From assembly GCA_025057645.1 (NCBI GenBank), contig JANXBJ010000005.1:73676-137675 (forward strand): a stretch of DNA of 64,000 bases. The letters run 5' to 3'. The stretch comes from Anaerolineales bacterium. GTDB taxonomy: Bacteria > Chloroflexota > Anaerolineae > Anaerolineales > UBA4823. Each line of letters starts with the position of its first letter. Position 1 is the stretch's first letter. Positions 38,337 to 47,811 of this stretch are shown piece after piece. The translations under genes were made by a program, and so were the position numbers. The notes beneath the pieces are model-generated. The model saw only the letters and a program-made list of their open reading frames with translations, had not been told where the DNA came from and did not search any database.

Positions 38337-39056
38337 TCATGCGCTGCGCTCGGCTCGGCGGCGGCGCCCGCCACGTTCCGAACGCGTCATCTGCAGGATT
38401 TCCTCGATGGCATAGCCGATCTCTAAGAGATATTGGCGCTTGAACTTCAACGCCCCGGTGGGGCAAACGCCGATGCATTGCCCACAAAAGACACACGTCG
38501 ATTCGGGCATGGGCACTTCGTAGAAAGTGCTGATTTGCGTCTCGTAACCACGCCCTTTGAAATTGATGGCGTAAGTATATTGGGCATCCTCGGCGCACAC
38601 CTGCACGCAACGCCAGCACAGAATGCATTTGGCATAGTCGCGAACGTACATCGGGTTATCGTCAATCAGCGGCGGACGACGCGGTTCAGCTTGAGGGAAG
38701 CGCTGACAATCAACGTCATAAGCTGCAGCCATGGCTTCAATTTCCGGGGCTTCGGACAAGTCTACGGTGGAGTAGAGCATCTCTAAGATCACGCGTCGCG
38801 CCCGTTGGACGCGTTCGCTCTGTGTGTGAATCTCCATGCCGTCCTGAACGGTCGCCGTGCAAGCCGGCACCAGAACCCGTGCCCCCTTAACCTCGACAAC
38901 ACAAATGCGGCAAAGGGCATTCGCCGTGCAGTAATCGTGATAGCAGATGGTGGGGATAGCTATGCCCAGTTGCTGTGCGGCTTTGAGGATGGTTGTGCCC
39001 GCCGGGGCTTGAGCGGGGGTTCCATCAAGGGTGAATTGGACAAGATTGGCGGTCAT
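38337..39056 (-). CDS. NuoG-N-terminal-like Fe-S subunit (2Fe-2S + 4Fe-4S clusters)
   Basis: Starting at [40 protein letters not shown], followed by CRICVVEV and two ferredoxin-type CxxCxxCxxxCP blocks ([23 protein letters not shown]). AAGGAG lies upstream of the ATG at 39056. The 127-aa Arg/Pro-rich extension in the ORF track is rejected. Confidence 0.8.
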   Translation of the reverse strand: MTANLVQFTLDGTPAQAPAGTTILKAAQQLGIAIPTICYHDYCTANALCRICVVEVKGARVLVPACTATVQDGMEIHTQSERVQRARRVILEMLYSTVDLSEAPEIEAMAAAYDVDCQRFPQAEPRRPPLIDDNPMYVRDYAKCILCWRCVQVCAEDAQYTYAINFKGRGYETQISTFYEVPMPESTCVFCGQCIGVCPTGALKFKRQYLLEIGYAIEEILQMTRSERGGRRRRAERSA

Positions 39057-39217
39057 GGCAGTCTGCTCCTTAGGAGGGTGGAGGTGGCGTCCCCGGAGTG
39101 GGGGCATCTTGCTCGGAGTTCTAGGCCTCCTCGCCCGCAAGTCGGGGGGTAGAGAGATCTGCCCCCGATGTCGAGAGTCATCTCCCCTCTCTCCCGGGTC
39201 AGTCGGGGGAGGGGAGT

Positions 39218-40948
39218 TTATCTTCGTTCTGCTGCCGGTTGAAACAACTCCGGCCAATGCTTCATTGCGCTTAAGATCGCCGAAGCCGCCGTCTGCCCCA
39301 AGCCACAGATCGAAGCATCGGTCATCGTCCAGCCTACGTCCTGTAGGCGTTCCCAGTCGCCGGGCAATGGTCGGCCTTCTAGCACGCGCTCCATGATTTC
39401 TAGCTGACGCTGGGTGCCGATCTGACAGGGGTAACACTTCCCACAGGACTCTTCGGCAAAGAATCGTGCCAAGCGGTAAAGTGGATCGCGCAGGTCGCGA
39501 GTCGAGTCGAACACCGTGACCACTCCTGCGCCGAGGGGGATGCCCGCTGCGCGCAAGCCCTCAAAACTTAGCGGAGTGTCTAGGTGTTCGGGCGTGGCGA
39601 AAGCTCCCGCTGCCCCGCCAATCAGTGCGGCTTGGAAAGGAGCGTCGTTGCGCATCCCTTGGCCTAAGTCCTCGATTAGGTGCCGCAAGGGCACTCCCAG
39701 TGGCACCTCATACAAGCCGGGACGCTTTACGTCCCCAGAGAGGCAAAACAACTTCGGGCCTGGGGATTGCGGGGTACCGAGACGGCGGTATTCTTCGGCG
39801 CCGAGCCGCAGGATCAGCGGGACGTTGGCCAGCGTTTCTACATTGTTGATTACAGTTGGCTTGCCGAACAGACCGTGGGTGGTTGGGAAGGGTGGTTTGA
39901 GACGCGGAAAGCCGCGCTTGCCTTCGATAGACTCAAAGAGAGCCGTCTCCTCGCCGCAGATATAGGCTCCGGCCCCACGGCGGATTTCGATTTCGAAGCA
40001 AAAGTCACTGCCGAGAATGCGCTCACCGAGCAAGCCGGCTGCTTGGGCTTCTTCAACCGCCCGTTGCATCACCCGGTAGGGCAACATGTACTCACCGCGA
40101 ATGTAAATGTAGCCTTTGGCAGCGCCGATCGCATAGGCGGCGATGAGCATCCCCTCCAGAATGGCATGGGGGTTGTCTTCCATTAGCACTCGATCCTTGA
40201 AGGCGCCCGGCTCCGCTTCGTCGGCGTTGCACACCACGTATTTTGGACTGCCCGGCGCCTGAGCGGCGCTCTGCCACTTGATCCCGGTGGGGAAGGCTGC
40301 TCCGCCGCGTCCGACCAACCCCGAGGCTTTGACTTCTTCAATGACCGCTTCGGGAGGACTTTGCAGAGCTTGCTCGAGGGCACGATACCCTTCGTGTCGG
40401 CGGTATTCGTCTAGGCGCACAGTGGTATGTCGTCCGCAGAGGGCGGTCAACAGGCGCACATCCCCGTCCACGTAAGTTAAGGGGCGGGTTGCTGTCGCTG
40501 CTACCAACTCCTGCCAGGTCTGGGCCGGCGAGGCCTTGACCGGCAAGCTCTGTACCAATACGGCTGGAGCGTGATCGCACAGCCCTAAGCAAGGCGACTT
40601 TTCTACCCGCACCTTTGTGGAAACCCCTTCTCCGGCCGCCGACTCTGCGGTTTGAAAGACGATTTGCTTATACACTGTGTCTGCCCCAGCCAAAGCGCAA
40701 GCCGGGTCATTGCAAACGTGCAATAGCACCTCCCCCACCGGATGACGGTGGAAGAGGGTATAAAATTCCACCACCCCAAACACCTCAGCCAAGGGCACGC
40801 CTAAGGCTTTGCCGATTTGGGCAGCCACTTGGTCGGAAATATAGCCGAAGGTTTCTTGGGCAGCGTGGAGAGCCGGCAGAAGAGCCGTGCGTCCTTGGGG
40901 GGCAAGAGAGGTCAAGAGAGCTTCAAAGGAGGAGGAAGACTGGGCCAT
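39218..40948 (-). CDS. Fused NuoE-like (2Fe-2S) + NuoF-like (FMN/NAD-binding, 4Fe-4S) subunit
   Basis: The N-terminal part [16 protein letters not shown]...[12 protein letters not shown] is NuoE-like. [16 protein letters not shown], the FMN/NADH site and [12 protein letters not shown] are NuoF-like. I chose the ATG at 40948 (SD GGCGAGG upstream); the ORF-track start at 40984 is a TTG. Confidence 0.85.
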   Translation of the reverse strand: MAQSSSSFEALLTSLAPQGRTALLPALHAAQETFGYISDQVAAQIGKALGVPLAEVFGVVEFYTLFHRHPVGEVLLHVCNDPACALAGADTVYKQIVFQTAESAAGEGVSTKVRVEKSPCLGLCDHAPAVLVQSLPVKASPAQTWQELVAATATRPLTYVDGDVRLLTALCGRHTTVRLDEYRRHEGYRALEQALQSPPEAVIEEVKASGLVGRGGAAFPTGIKWQSAAQAPGSPKYVVCNADEAEPGAFKDRVLMEDNPHAILEGMLIAAYAIGAAKGYIYIRGEYMLPYRVMQRAVEEAQAAGLLGERILGSDFCFEIEIRRGAGAYICGEETALFESIEGKRGFPRLKPPFPTTHGLFGKPTVINNVETLANVPLILRLGAEEYRRLGTPQSPGPKLFCLSGDVKRPGLYEVPLGVPLRHLIEDLGQGMRNDAPFQAALIGGAAGAFATPEHLDTPLSFEGLRAAGIPLGAGVVTVFDSTRDLRDPLYRLARFFAEESCGKCYPCQIGTQRQLEIMERVLEGRPLPGDWERLQDVGWTMTDASICGLGQTAASAILSAMKHWPELFQPAAERR

Positions 40949-41004
40949 CGCGACCTCGCCTTTCGGATCGGGGAGTGCAGCCAAACCTAACTTAGAGTAT
41001 CGAA

Positions 41005-41013
41005 ATTATAGCA
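41005..41013 (-). promoter_or_regulatory. Extended -10 promoter candidate (TGcTATAAT) for the formate dehydrogenase operon
   Basis: The minus strand reads TGCTATAAT. It lies about 55 nt upstream of the ATG at 40948. Confidence 0.4.
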
Positions 41014-41595
41014 ATAAACGCTCAAAGGTGGGGGGTGATTTTTGCCTTGGGCAACGGATTTCTCGGGCTGACTCTCAAGGCGGTGGATCACTCGGGGGAA
41101 AGGCATCCGTGCAGGGCAATCGGGGTGGGATCACCCCGAAAACAAACCCGTTGAGAGCGCCGAAGAAGACAAACCAAGTCGATCGAGCCCGCTCAGCTTT
41201 TGGTTTGCCCGAGCGGGGCGGCAAAAAAGATCGCTCTGTTCAGCAAGGCGGGCGCTATGGGGCTGCGAGCGGCACATTCGCTCGCCCGGAGCAAGTGCCC
41301 CAAAGAAGGACTTCTTCAGCGGCGGTCTGTTTTTGAGAGAGAGGCTTTCTTCGGGTTCGTCTCCCGAGACAAGTGCAGAGACCGTCTCTCTCCCGCTGGC
41401 TCTGCCTCGCCTCGATAACTTCGGGCAGTCGGACTTCTTTTGATTGCTATTCTGGTCAAGCATGTTCCAAACCGTCCCCGAGACTAACCCACTTTGCAGC
41501 CGGGAGTTGAAGAGCAACCACCGGAGTAACCCCTTTCTTAGGTATAATCCTTCCAGCCGCGTTTGCGCAGAAGAATACCAACCTTGGAGGTAAAG

Positions 41596-41883
41596 ATGTT
41601 CAAAGCCATATGGAACGGTCAGGTGATCGCTGAAAGTGAACAAACGGTTTTGCTCGAGGGCAACCATTACTTTCCCGCCGAATCGGTTCGCAAGGAGTTC
41701 TTGCTCCCCAGTGATACTCATACCACCTGTCCATGGAAAGGCGTAGCCAGTTACTATCACATCAAGGTGGGCGATCAGATCAATCGCGACGCTGCTTGGT
41801 ATTACCCTGAACCGAGCGAAGCGGCTCAACAGATCAAGGGGCACATTGCCTTCTGGAAAGGGGTGCAAGTGGTCGAAAGCTAG
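41596..41883 (+). CDS. DUF427 domain protein
   Basis: MFKAIWNGQVIAES...NHYFP...CPWKGVASYYH...AAWYYPEP...IAFWKGV matches the DUF427 pattern. GGAGG lies upstream of the ATG at 41596. Confidence 0.75.
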   Translation: MFKAIWNGQVIAESEQTVLLEGNHYFPAESVRKEFLLPSDTHTTCPWKGVASYYHIKVGDQINRDAAWYYPEPSEAAQQIKGHIAFWKGVQVVES

Positions 41884-41884
41884 A

Positions 41885-43630
41885 ATGGCAAACTTCCACC
41901 GTTTCTCGAATCGCCAACTTGCCCAGATCTTTGAGCAGATTGCCGATCTCTCCGAAATCAAGGGCGAGGTAATCTATAAGGTGCTTGCCTATCGCAGGGC
42001 AGCCGAGTCCTTGGCGGAACTCAACCGCGAGGCGTTCGACATTTGGCAATCGGGGAAGCTGACCGAAATCCCAGGGGTGGGCAAGGCGATCGCCGAGAAA
42101 ATCGAAGAACTGTTCACCACCGGCAGGTTGGGTTTTTTAGAGAAGCTCACCGCTGAAGTACCGCCCAGCTTAGCGGAATTGCTGGCTGTGCCCGATCTGG
42201 GACCGAAGAAGATCGCCTTGTTCTGGAAGGAACTGGGGATTACCACCCTGGCCGAGCTAGAGGAGGCCGCTCGTACCGGTAAGCTGCGCACTTTGCCCGG
42301 GATGGGCGAGAAATCCGAAGCGCGCGTTCTAGCCGGCATCGAGGCTTATAAGCGCCGCTCGGAGCGCATTCCTATCGGGCGTGCCTATCCCTTTGCCCAA
42401 CGGTTGATCGCCCGCCTCCAAGCAATACCCGGTGTGCAGCGGGTTGAAATGGCCGGCAGCTTGCGCCGCGGTCGTTCCACTGTGGGCGATATCGATCTCT
42501 TAGCTGCAGCGGCGGACTCGAGTTCAGTGATGGAGGCCTTTCTCTCCGATCCGGAGGTGGTGCGGGTGACTGCCAGTGGGGAGACCAAGAGCAGTGTAGA
42601 ATACTCCCACGGCCTGCGCGCCCAGCTCTGGGTGCATCCCCCTGAGCGCTTCGGCACGGCTTGGCAATATGCTACCGGTTCCAAGGAGCACAACGTTCGT
42701 TTGCGGGAGCTGGCTCTTAAGCAGGGCTGGTCTCTATCCGAACACGCCCTGAGCCGCAAGGACGGAAGCGAAGTTCTCTGCAGCCAAGAGGAAGAGGTCT
42801 ATGCGGCTCTGGGATTGCCGTGGATTCCACCCGAGCTGCGCGAGGACCGCGGCGAAATCCAAGCCGCTTTGGAGGGAAAGCTACCACGTCTAATTCAACT
42901 AAGTGAGATTCGCAGTGAGCTTCATGCCCATACGACCTGGAGTGATGGCAAGCTCACCATCGCCGAGCTGGCCGAAGCGGCCCGCAAGCGAGGCCTAGAG
43001 GTGCTGGTGATTAGCGATCACTCGGCCAGCTTGGCGATCACCGGGGGTCTGACGGCGGAGGCAGCGCTAGAACAACGGCGTGAAATCCAGAGGGTGCAAG
43101 AACAACTGGGCGACTCAATTCGCTTGCTCCACGGGATCGAGGTCGAAATCCGCGCCGATGGCAGCTTGGACTTCCCCGATGAAGTGCTGGCCGGCTTCGA
43201 TCTTGTCACCGCCTCGATGCACACTGCTTTGCGTCAACCCCGTCAGCAAGTCACCGAGCGGTTGCTCAAGGTGCTCCGCAATCCCCATGTCGATATCCTC
43301 GGTCACCCCACTGGAAGAATGTTCCCCAACCGGGAAGGGGCAGACTTGGACATGGAAGCCGTTCTGCGCGCTGCACGAGAGCACAACGTGGTTTTAGAGA
43401 TTAATGCTCATCCCTCGCGCTTGGACTTGGACGATCTCTATGCCCGTCGCTACGCTGAAATGGGCGGCTTATTGGCGATCAATACCGATGCTCACGCTGA
43501 GAGCGATTTCGACCTGTTGCACTTTGGCGTCACGATTGCCCGGCGCGCCTGGGTTGAGGCCGAGTCGGTTATCAACACTTGGCCTCTTGCACGTTTGTTA
43601 GCATGGTTGGGAGCGCGGCATAAGGGTTGA
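41885..43630 (+). CDS. polX: DNA polymerase X family protein with C-terminal PHP domain
   Basis: N-terminal HhH region (NRQLAQIFEQIADL, IPGVGKAIAEKI, LPGMGEKS), the polymerase core GSLRRGRSTVGDIDLL, and PHP motifs ELHAHTTWSDG and INTDAH. The ATG lies 1 nt after the DUF427 stop. Confidence 0.9.
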   Translation: MANFHRFSNRQLAQIFEQIADLSEIKGEVIYKVLAYRRAAESLAELNREAFDIWQSGKLTEIPGVGKAIAEKIEELFTTGRLGFLEKLTAEVPPSLAELLAVPDLGPKKIALFWKELGITTLAELEEAARTGKLRTLPGMGEKSEARVLAGIEAYKRRSERIPIGRAYPFAQRLIARLQAIPGVQRVEMAGSLRRGRSTVGDIDLLAAAADSSSVMEAFLSDPEVVRVTASGETKSSVEYSHGLRAQLWVHPPERFGTAWQYATGSKEHNVRLRELALKQGWSLSEHALSRKDGSEVLCSQEEEVYAALGLPWIPPELREDRGEIQAALEGKLPRLIQLSEIRSELHAHTTWSDGKLTIAELAEAARKRGLEVLVISDHSASLAITGGLTAEAALEQRREIQRVQEQLGDSIRLLHGIEVEIRADGSLDFPDEVLAGFDLVTASMHTALRQPRQQVTERLLKVLRNPHVDILGHPTGRMFPNREGADLDMEAVLRAAREHNVVLEINAHPSRLDLDDLYARRYAEMGGLLAINTDAHAESDFDLLHFGVTIARRAWVEAESVINTWPLARLLAWLGARHKG

Positions 43631-43635
43631 TGTTC

Positions 43636-44313
43636 CTAGCCGGGTGCGCCGAATAGCTTCGCCAATTGCCCAATCTGTTGGGTATGGGCAATGGCGATCA
43701 CCTCATCATAGGGTTGAAAAACTGTCTCCCCTTTAGGGATGATCAACTGATCGTTGCGGAAGATGCCGACCAAGGTGCAGTCCTTGGGGAATTGGATTTC
43801 TTTAACTGCTTTTTGAACCACCAAGGCTTGTGGGTCAACCCGTTCCTCTACGATTGAATATTCCCCGCTGCGCAAGCGCAGGAGGATCATCATATCTCCT
43901 AGGGACATCTCTTCAACAATCAGTTTGGCCATGATGTCGGTTTGATCCACGGCGATGTCCACTCCCATCTCTTGATTGAACAACCAAGCGTTCTTAGGAT
44001 TATTCACGCGGGCAATCGTCCTAGGGACGTGGAACTCGAAGCGTCCGAGGGTGGTAATCACCAAGTTGGTTTCGTCTTCTCCAGTAACCGCTGCGAGGAC
44101 ATTGGCTTCGCGGATGCCTGCCTTTTCGAGCATGCTTGGAGAGCTGCCATCACCTAGTAGAACCACCTCAGGCTCGAGCTCGCGTCGCAGACGTTCAACG
44201 ATGGTTGGCCGATTTTCGATCAGGCACACTCGATGTCCAAGTTGAAGCAAATGTCCGGCCAAAAAAGAGCCGGTCTTGCCTCCACCAACGATGATCACAA
44301 ACATTCTCAACAC
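43636..44313 (-). CDS. TrkA/KtrA-type RCK protein (TrkA-N + TrkA-C)
   Basis: Rossmann motif IIVGGGKTGSFLAGHL and a C-terminal TrkA-C-like domain. 225 aa. Confidence 0.8.
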   Translation of the reverse strand: MLRMFVIIVGGGKTGSFLAGHLLQLGHRVCLIENRPTIVERLRRELEPEVVLLGDGSSPSMLEKAGIREANVLAAVTGEDETNLVITTLGRFEFHVPRTIARVNNPKNAWLFNQEMGVDIAVDQTDIMAKLIVEEMSLGDMMILLRLRSGEYSIVEERVDPQALVVQKAVKEIQFPKDCTLVGIFRNDQLIIPKGETVFQPYDEVIAIAHTQQIGQLAKLFGAPG

Positions 44314-44316
44314 TCC

Positions 44317-44973
44317 TTATGCGTAACCTATGAGTGCTTTCAAGCGCTCGAGTGCCGACGTGTGCACGGCGATATAGATCAGATCTCGGTTGCGGATTAT
44401 AGTGCCTTGGAGGGGGAGAATAGCTTGGCCTTGCCGAGAGATCGCAATGACATGAATTTCACCCGGCACGGTCAGGTCGCGCACCTGCTTTCTATCTAAG
44501 AGGGGAGAAGCTTCGAGGTTGACCAAAGCTACCTCCCCGCTGCCAAAGGTCATCATCGGCTCCAATTCTTGATAGGTCAGTAGCTCGCGCACCCGCTCGG
44601 CCCCGAGTGCGGTAGAGGAAAAGGTAAGCAAGCCGAGGCGGCGGTAAATTTCTGCCCGCCGCGGGTCATAAACGCTGGCTACCACCTTGGGCACGTGGAA
44701 GATATTGCGAGCGATGCGCGCAGCAATGATATTGGCGTTGTCGGAATTGCTGGTGGCAGCAAAGGCTTCGGCTCGTTCAATGCCCGCTTGGATCAGGACT
44801 TGGCGGTCGAAGCCTACTCCGAGGATCACTTTGCCGCCAAACCCCTGTCTCATCCGCTCCAGCGCTGCCTCATCCGTATCCACAACCGTCACATCGTGCC
44901 CTTCAGCGTCCATCAGCCGGGCAAACTGCTCGCCCACTCGGCCGCATCCCATTACGATAATTTTCATCCTCAA
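44317..44973 (-). CDS. TrkA/KtrA-type RCK protein (TrkA-N + TrkA-C)
   Basis: MKIIVMGCGRVGEQFARL Rossmann motif. 218 aa. A 3-nt gap separates it from the next RCK gene. Confidence 0.8.
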   Translation of the reverse strand: MRMKIIVMGCGRVGEQFARLMDAEGHDVTVVDTDEAALERMRQGFGGKVILGVGFDRQVLIQAGIERAEAFAATSNSDNANIIAARIARNIFHVPKVVASVYDPRRAEIYRRLGLLTFSSTALGAERVRELLTYQELEPMMTFGSGEVALVNLEASPLLDRKQVRDLTVPGEIHVIAISRQGQAILPLQGTIIRNRDLIYIAVHTSALERLKALIGYA

Positions 44974-44979
44974 TCCTCC

Positions 44980-47811
44980 TCAAAAGGACTCAGTCTCTGT
45001 CGGGCTTTCCCGACTGGTCTTCAACCACTGGAAGAAGTGGAGCAGTTGTTTGCGCACTCGATCGAAACCATAAAGGAGGGGACCGAACAGCGCAAGTGGG
45101 AACCAGTATTCGAGCGGCAAAGGCTGGTGATCGAACATCTCCGCCAGAGGCGGCACGTAGATTAAAGTTAATATTAATGCAATTTCCCCCAAAATGCCCA
45201 ACCAAATTAGCGGATTGGAGAACCATCCCACTTCACTGACCCGTAGGCGTTCCGAACGGCAGGCTAGAACATTGCCGACTTGGGCCATCACCACTCCGGC
45301 GTGAAACATGGTTACTGCTAAGACGTGAACGTGGGGCGGCACGGTGTGAAGCAGCTCCGGGAGAGCCCGCCCCGCAGCTAACAACTCATCCAAACGAATG
45401 TTGTAGGCTCGGGCGTAAATGTAGAAGAACCCTAGGTAGCACAGCGCCGTTTCGATCATCCCCAGCCAGGCAAAAGAGCGCATGAGAAGCGAGCGCTCGA
45501 TAAGCGGTAAGCCGCGCTTGCGAGGAGGACGACTCATGATATCCGGTTCGGGTTTCTCGGCCCCCAATGCCAGAGCCGGCAAAAGGTCGGTGCCCATGTC
45601 GATGGCCAAAATTTGGCGCACGGTCAGCGCTAGGGGAATCTGGAAAATTGCCGAGACCACAAAGGGCACTAACTCGGGCACGTTACTGGTGAAGATGTAG
45701 GTGATAAACTTGCGGATGTTGTCGTAAATAGCCCGTCCCTCTTGGATGGCGTCGACAATGGTGCTGAAGTTGTCTTGGGTCAAAATTACATCTGCAGCCT
45801 CGCGGGCAACATCGGTGCCGATAATGCCCATTGCTACACCCACATCGGCCTTGCGCAAAGCCGGAGCGTCGTTGACGCCATCGCCGGTGACCGCAACCAC
45901 TTCACCTTTGGCCTGCAGGGCTGCCACAAGGCGCAGTTTATGCTCCGGCGCCATGCGTGCATAGATGACCTCCTTCTCCAGGAGGTTCTGCAATTGCACA
46001 TCGTTCATCTCTTCTAGCTCGGCTCCGGTCACAATCATCGGATTAGGCGTGCTTAACATCCCGATGCGCCGAGCAATGCTTTCTGCGGTCAGGCCGTAGT
46101 CGCCGGTTACCATAATGATGCGAATACCTGCCTGACGACAGATTTCCACTGCGCGGGCAACCTCAGGCCGAGGGGGATCATGCATGGCCATCAAACCCAA
46201 AAAGATCAACTCGCATTCCACATTTTGTTCGGCGTAGCTGCTCCGCGGAGGCAACAGGCGGTAGGCAAAAGCTAGGACGCGCAAAGCGTTACGAGCATAA
46301 TCGTCATTGGCGGCGAGAATCTGGTTGCGAGTCGAGTCCTCCAACTGCAGGACTTGGTTGTTGCATTGCCAGAAACGGCACAAGTGCAACACCTCGCGCG
46401 GTGCGCCTTTGACAAAAGCAATTTCTTCCTGACCCCAGCGGTGAATGGTGGTCATGCGTTTGCGCCGTGCTTCGAAGGGAATCTCGTGCAATCGAGGGTA
46501 TTGACTGAGAACCTCCTCTTCGGAGAGCCCTCCCTTACGGGCGACCACTCGTAGCGCAGCCTCGGTCGAATCGCCAAGCGCTGACCAATAGGGATGATCT
46601 GCAGTAGGCGGAATCAAACGCGAGTTGTTGCACAGGGTGGCGGCGGTCAACAGAAGTTCCAGCTCAGACTCTAGGTTTAGGGAGCGAGGGTCTGGGGTGA
46701 TTTCCCCCTGAGGTTCGTAGCCAATTCCGCTCACGCTGAGCTTCTTGCCACCCACCCAAATCTCGCGGACGGTCATCTGGTTTTGGGTGAGCGTCCCACT
46801 CTTATCGGTGCAGATGACTGAGATGTTTCCCAGCGTCTCCACCATCGCCAGCTTCTTGACCAAGACACCGCGCTGCGCTAGGCGCTGCACAGCCATAGCC
46901 AGTGAAAGCGAGAGAGTGGCCGGCAAGCCTTCGGGAACAACAGCCACTAAAATTCCCAAGGCAAAGATGAACGCTTGCACCAACCGATCCTGAGGGTCGA
47001 ATAATTCGACTTCCGGATCGAAGGCACCAACTAGAAAGACAACTATGCCAATTCCCAAACCAATAACTGATAAGCGACGGGTGAGATGAATGATCTCCTG
47101 CTGAAGCGCTGAGGGTTGTTCACTGACCCTTCCGGTCAGATGGGCGATGCGTCCGAATTGGGTGAGCATCCCGGTAGCGTAGACCACGGCTTTTGCGGTG
47201 CCGCTGAACACAGAAGTGCCGGCAAAGACCAGGTTAGGCCGCTCCAGTTCGCTAATCCCCTCGCGCAGGGAAGCATCAGAGGTCTTGCGCGCCGGCATGG
47301 CTTCTCCGGTGAGTATGGCTTGGTTAACACGCAGGCCATACTCCTGCACCACCCGGGCGTCGGCGGGGATATTATCGCCCTCGGCGAGGATGAGAATATC
47401 TCCCGGAACGATTTCCGGCGTGGGCACGAGGATTTCCCGACCTTCACGCAGCACGCGGCTATAGGAAGGCAAGATCTCTTTCAAACCGGCAACGGCCACC
47501 GTAGCGCGATACTCCCGCCAAAAAGAAAAAGCCGCATTGACAAGAATCACCGACCAGATAACAAGAGCAAGGCTAATTTCGCCGACAATCAAAGCCAAGA
47601 TGCCCGCAACCCATAAGAGGATAGCCATGGGGTGGACGATATGCACCAGAAATTTGCTCCACCAGGGCGGTGGCGTCGGCTCTTGAATCACATTTCTTCC
47701 GTAGAGCGACAGACGCTCTGCTACCTGCTCCGCAGTAAGCCCCTGCGGAGAGGTTTCCAGAGCGCTGTAGACCTCCGTAGCGCGTAAACGGTAAATCGGT
47801 TGTGAGGTCAT
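44980..47811 (-). CDS. Type II cation-transporting P-type ATPase
   Basis: N-terminal cation-ATPase domain (GLTAEQVAERLSLYGRNVI), TGEA, PEGLPATLS, ICTDKSGTLTQN and VTGDGVNDAPAL. The start overlaps the stop of the KimA-like gene (47808-47811). Confidence 0.9.
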   Translation of the reverse strand: MTSQPIYRLRATEVYSALETSPQGLTAEQVAERLSLYGRNVIQEPTPPPWWSKFLVHIVHPMAILLWVAGILALIVGEISLALVIWSVILVNAAFSFWREYRATVAVAGLKEILPSYSRVLREGREILVPTPEIVPGDILILAEGDNIPADARVVQEYGLRVNQAILTGEAMPARKTSDASLREGISELERPNLVFAGTSVFSGTAKAVVYATGMLTQFGRIAHLTGRVSEQPSALQQEIIHLTRRLSVIGLGIGIVVFLVGAFDPEVELFDPQDRLVQAFIFALGILVAVVPEGLPATLSLSLAMAVQRLAQRGVLVKKLAMVETLGNISVICTDKSGTLTQNQMTVREIWVGGKKLSVSGIGYEPQGEITPDPRSLNLESELELLLTAATLCNNSRLIPPTADHPYWSALGDSTEAALRVVARKGGLSEEEVLSQYPRLHEIPFEARRKRMTTIHRWGQEEIAFVKGAPREVLHLCRFWQCNNQVLQLEDSTRNQILAANDDYARNALRVLAFAYRLLPPRSSYAEQNVECELIFLGLMAMHDPPRPEVARAVEICRQAGIRIIMVTGDYGLTAESIARRIGMLSTPNPMIVTGAELEEMNDVQLQNLLEKEVIYARMAPEHKLRLVAALQAKGEVVAVTGDGVNDAPALRKADVGVAMGIIGTDVAREAADVILTQDNFSTIVDAIQEGRAIYDNIRKFITYIFTSNVPELVPFVVSAIFQIPLALTVRQILAIDMGTDLLPALALGAEKPEPDIMSRPPRKRGLPLIERSLLMRSFAWLGMIETALCYLGFFYIYARAYNIRLDELLAAGRALPELLHTVPPHVHVLAVTMFHAGVVMAQVGNVLACRSERLRVSEVGWFSNPLIWLGILGEIALILTLIYVPPLAEMFDHQPLPLEYWFPLALFGPLLYGFDRVRKQLLHFFQWLKTSRESPTETESF

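Noticed and set aside
39057-39437. 127-aa N-terminal extension of the NuoG-N-like ORF in the ORF track (start at 39437).
   Set aside because: The extension is Arg/Pro-rich and overlaps the 3' end of the NuoEF-like gene. A Met preceded by AAGGAG at 39056 begins exactly at the conserved 2Fe-2S domain.
40949-41013. Moco riboswitch in the leader of the formate dehydrogenase operon.
   Set aside because: With the extended -10 candidate at 41005-41013, the leader would be only about 50 nt. That is too short for the roughly 130-nt Moco motif, and I saw no recognisable conserved core.
41131-41961. 276-aa minus-strand ORF spanning the long intergenic region and the DUF427 gene.
   Set aside because: It overlaps the well-supported DUF427 CDS antisense. 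The remainder is low-complexity (Ser/Arg/Leu-rich) with no recognisable motif. The region is treated as non-coding (see finding).
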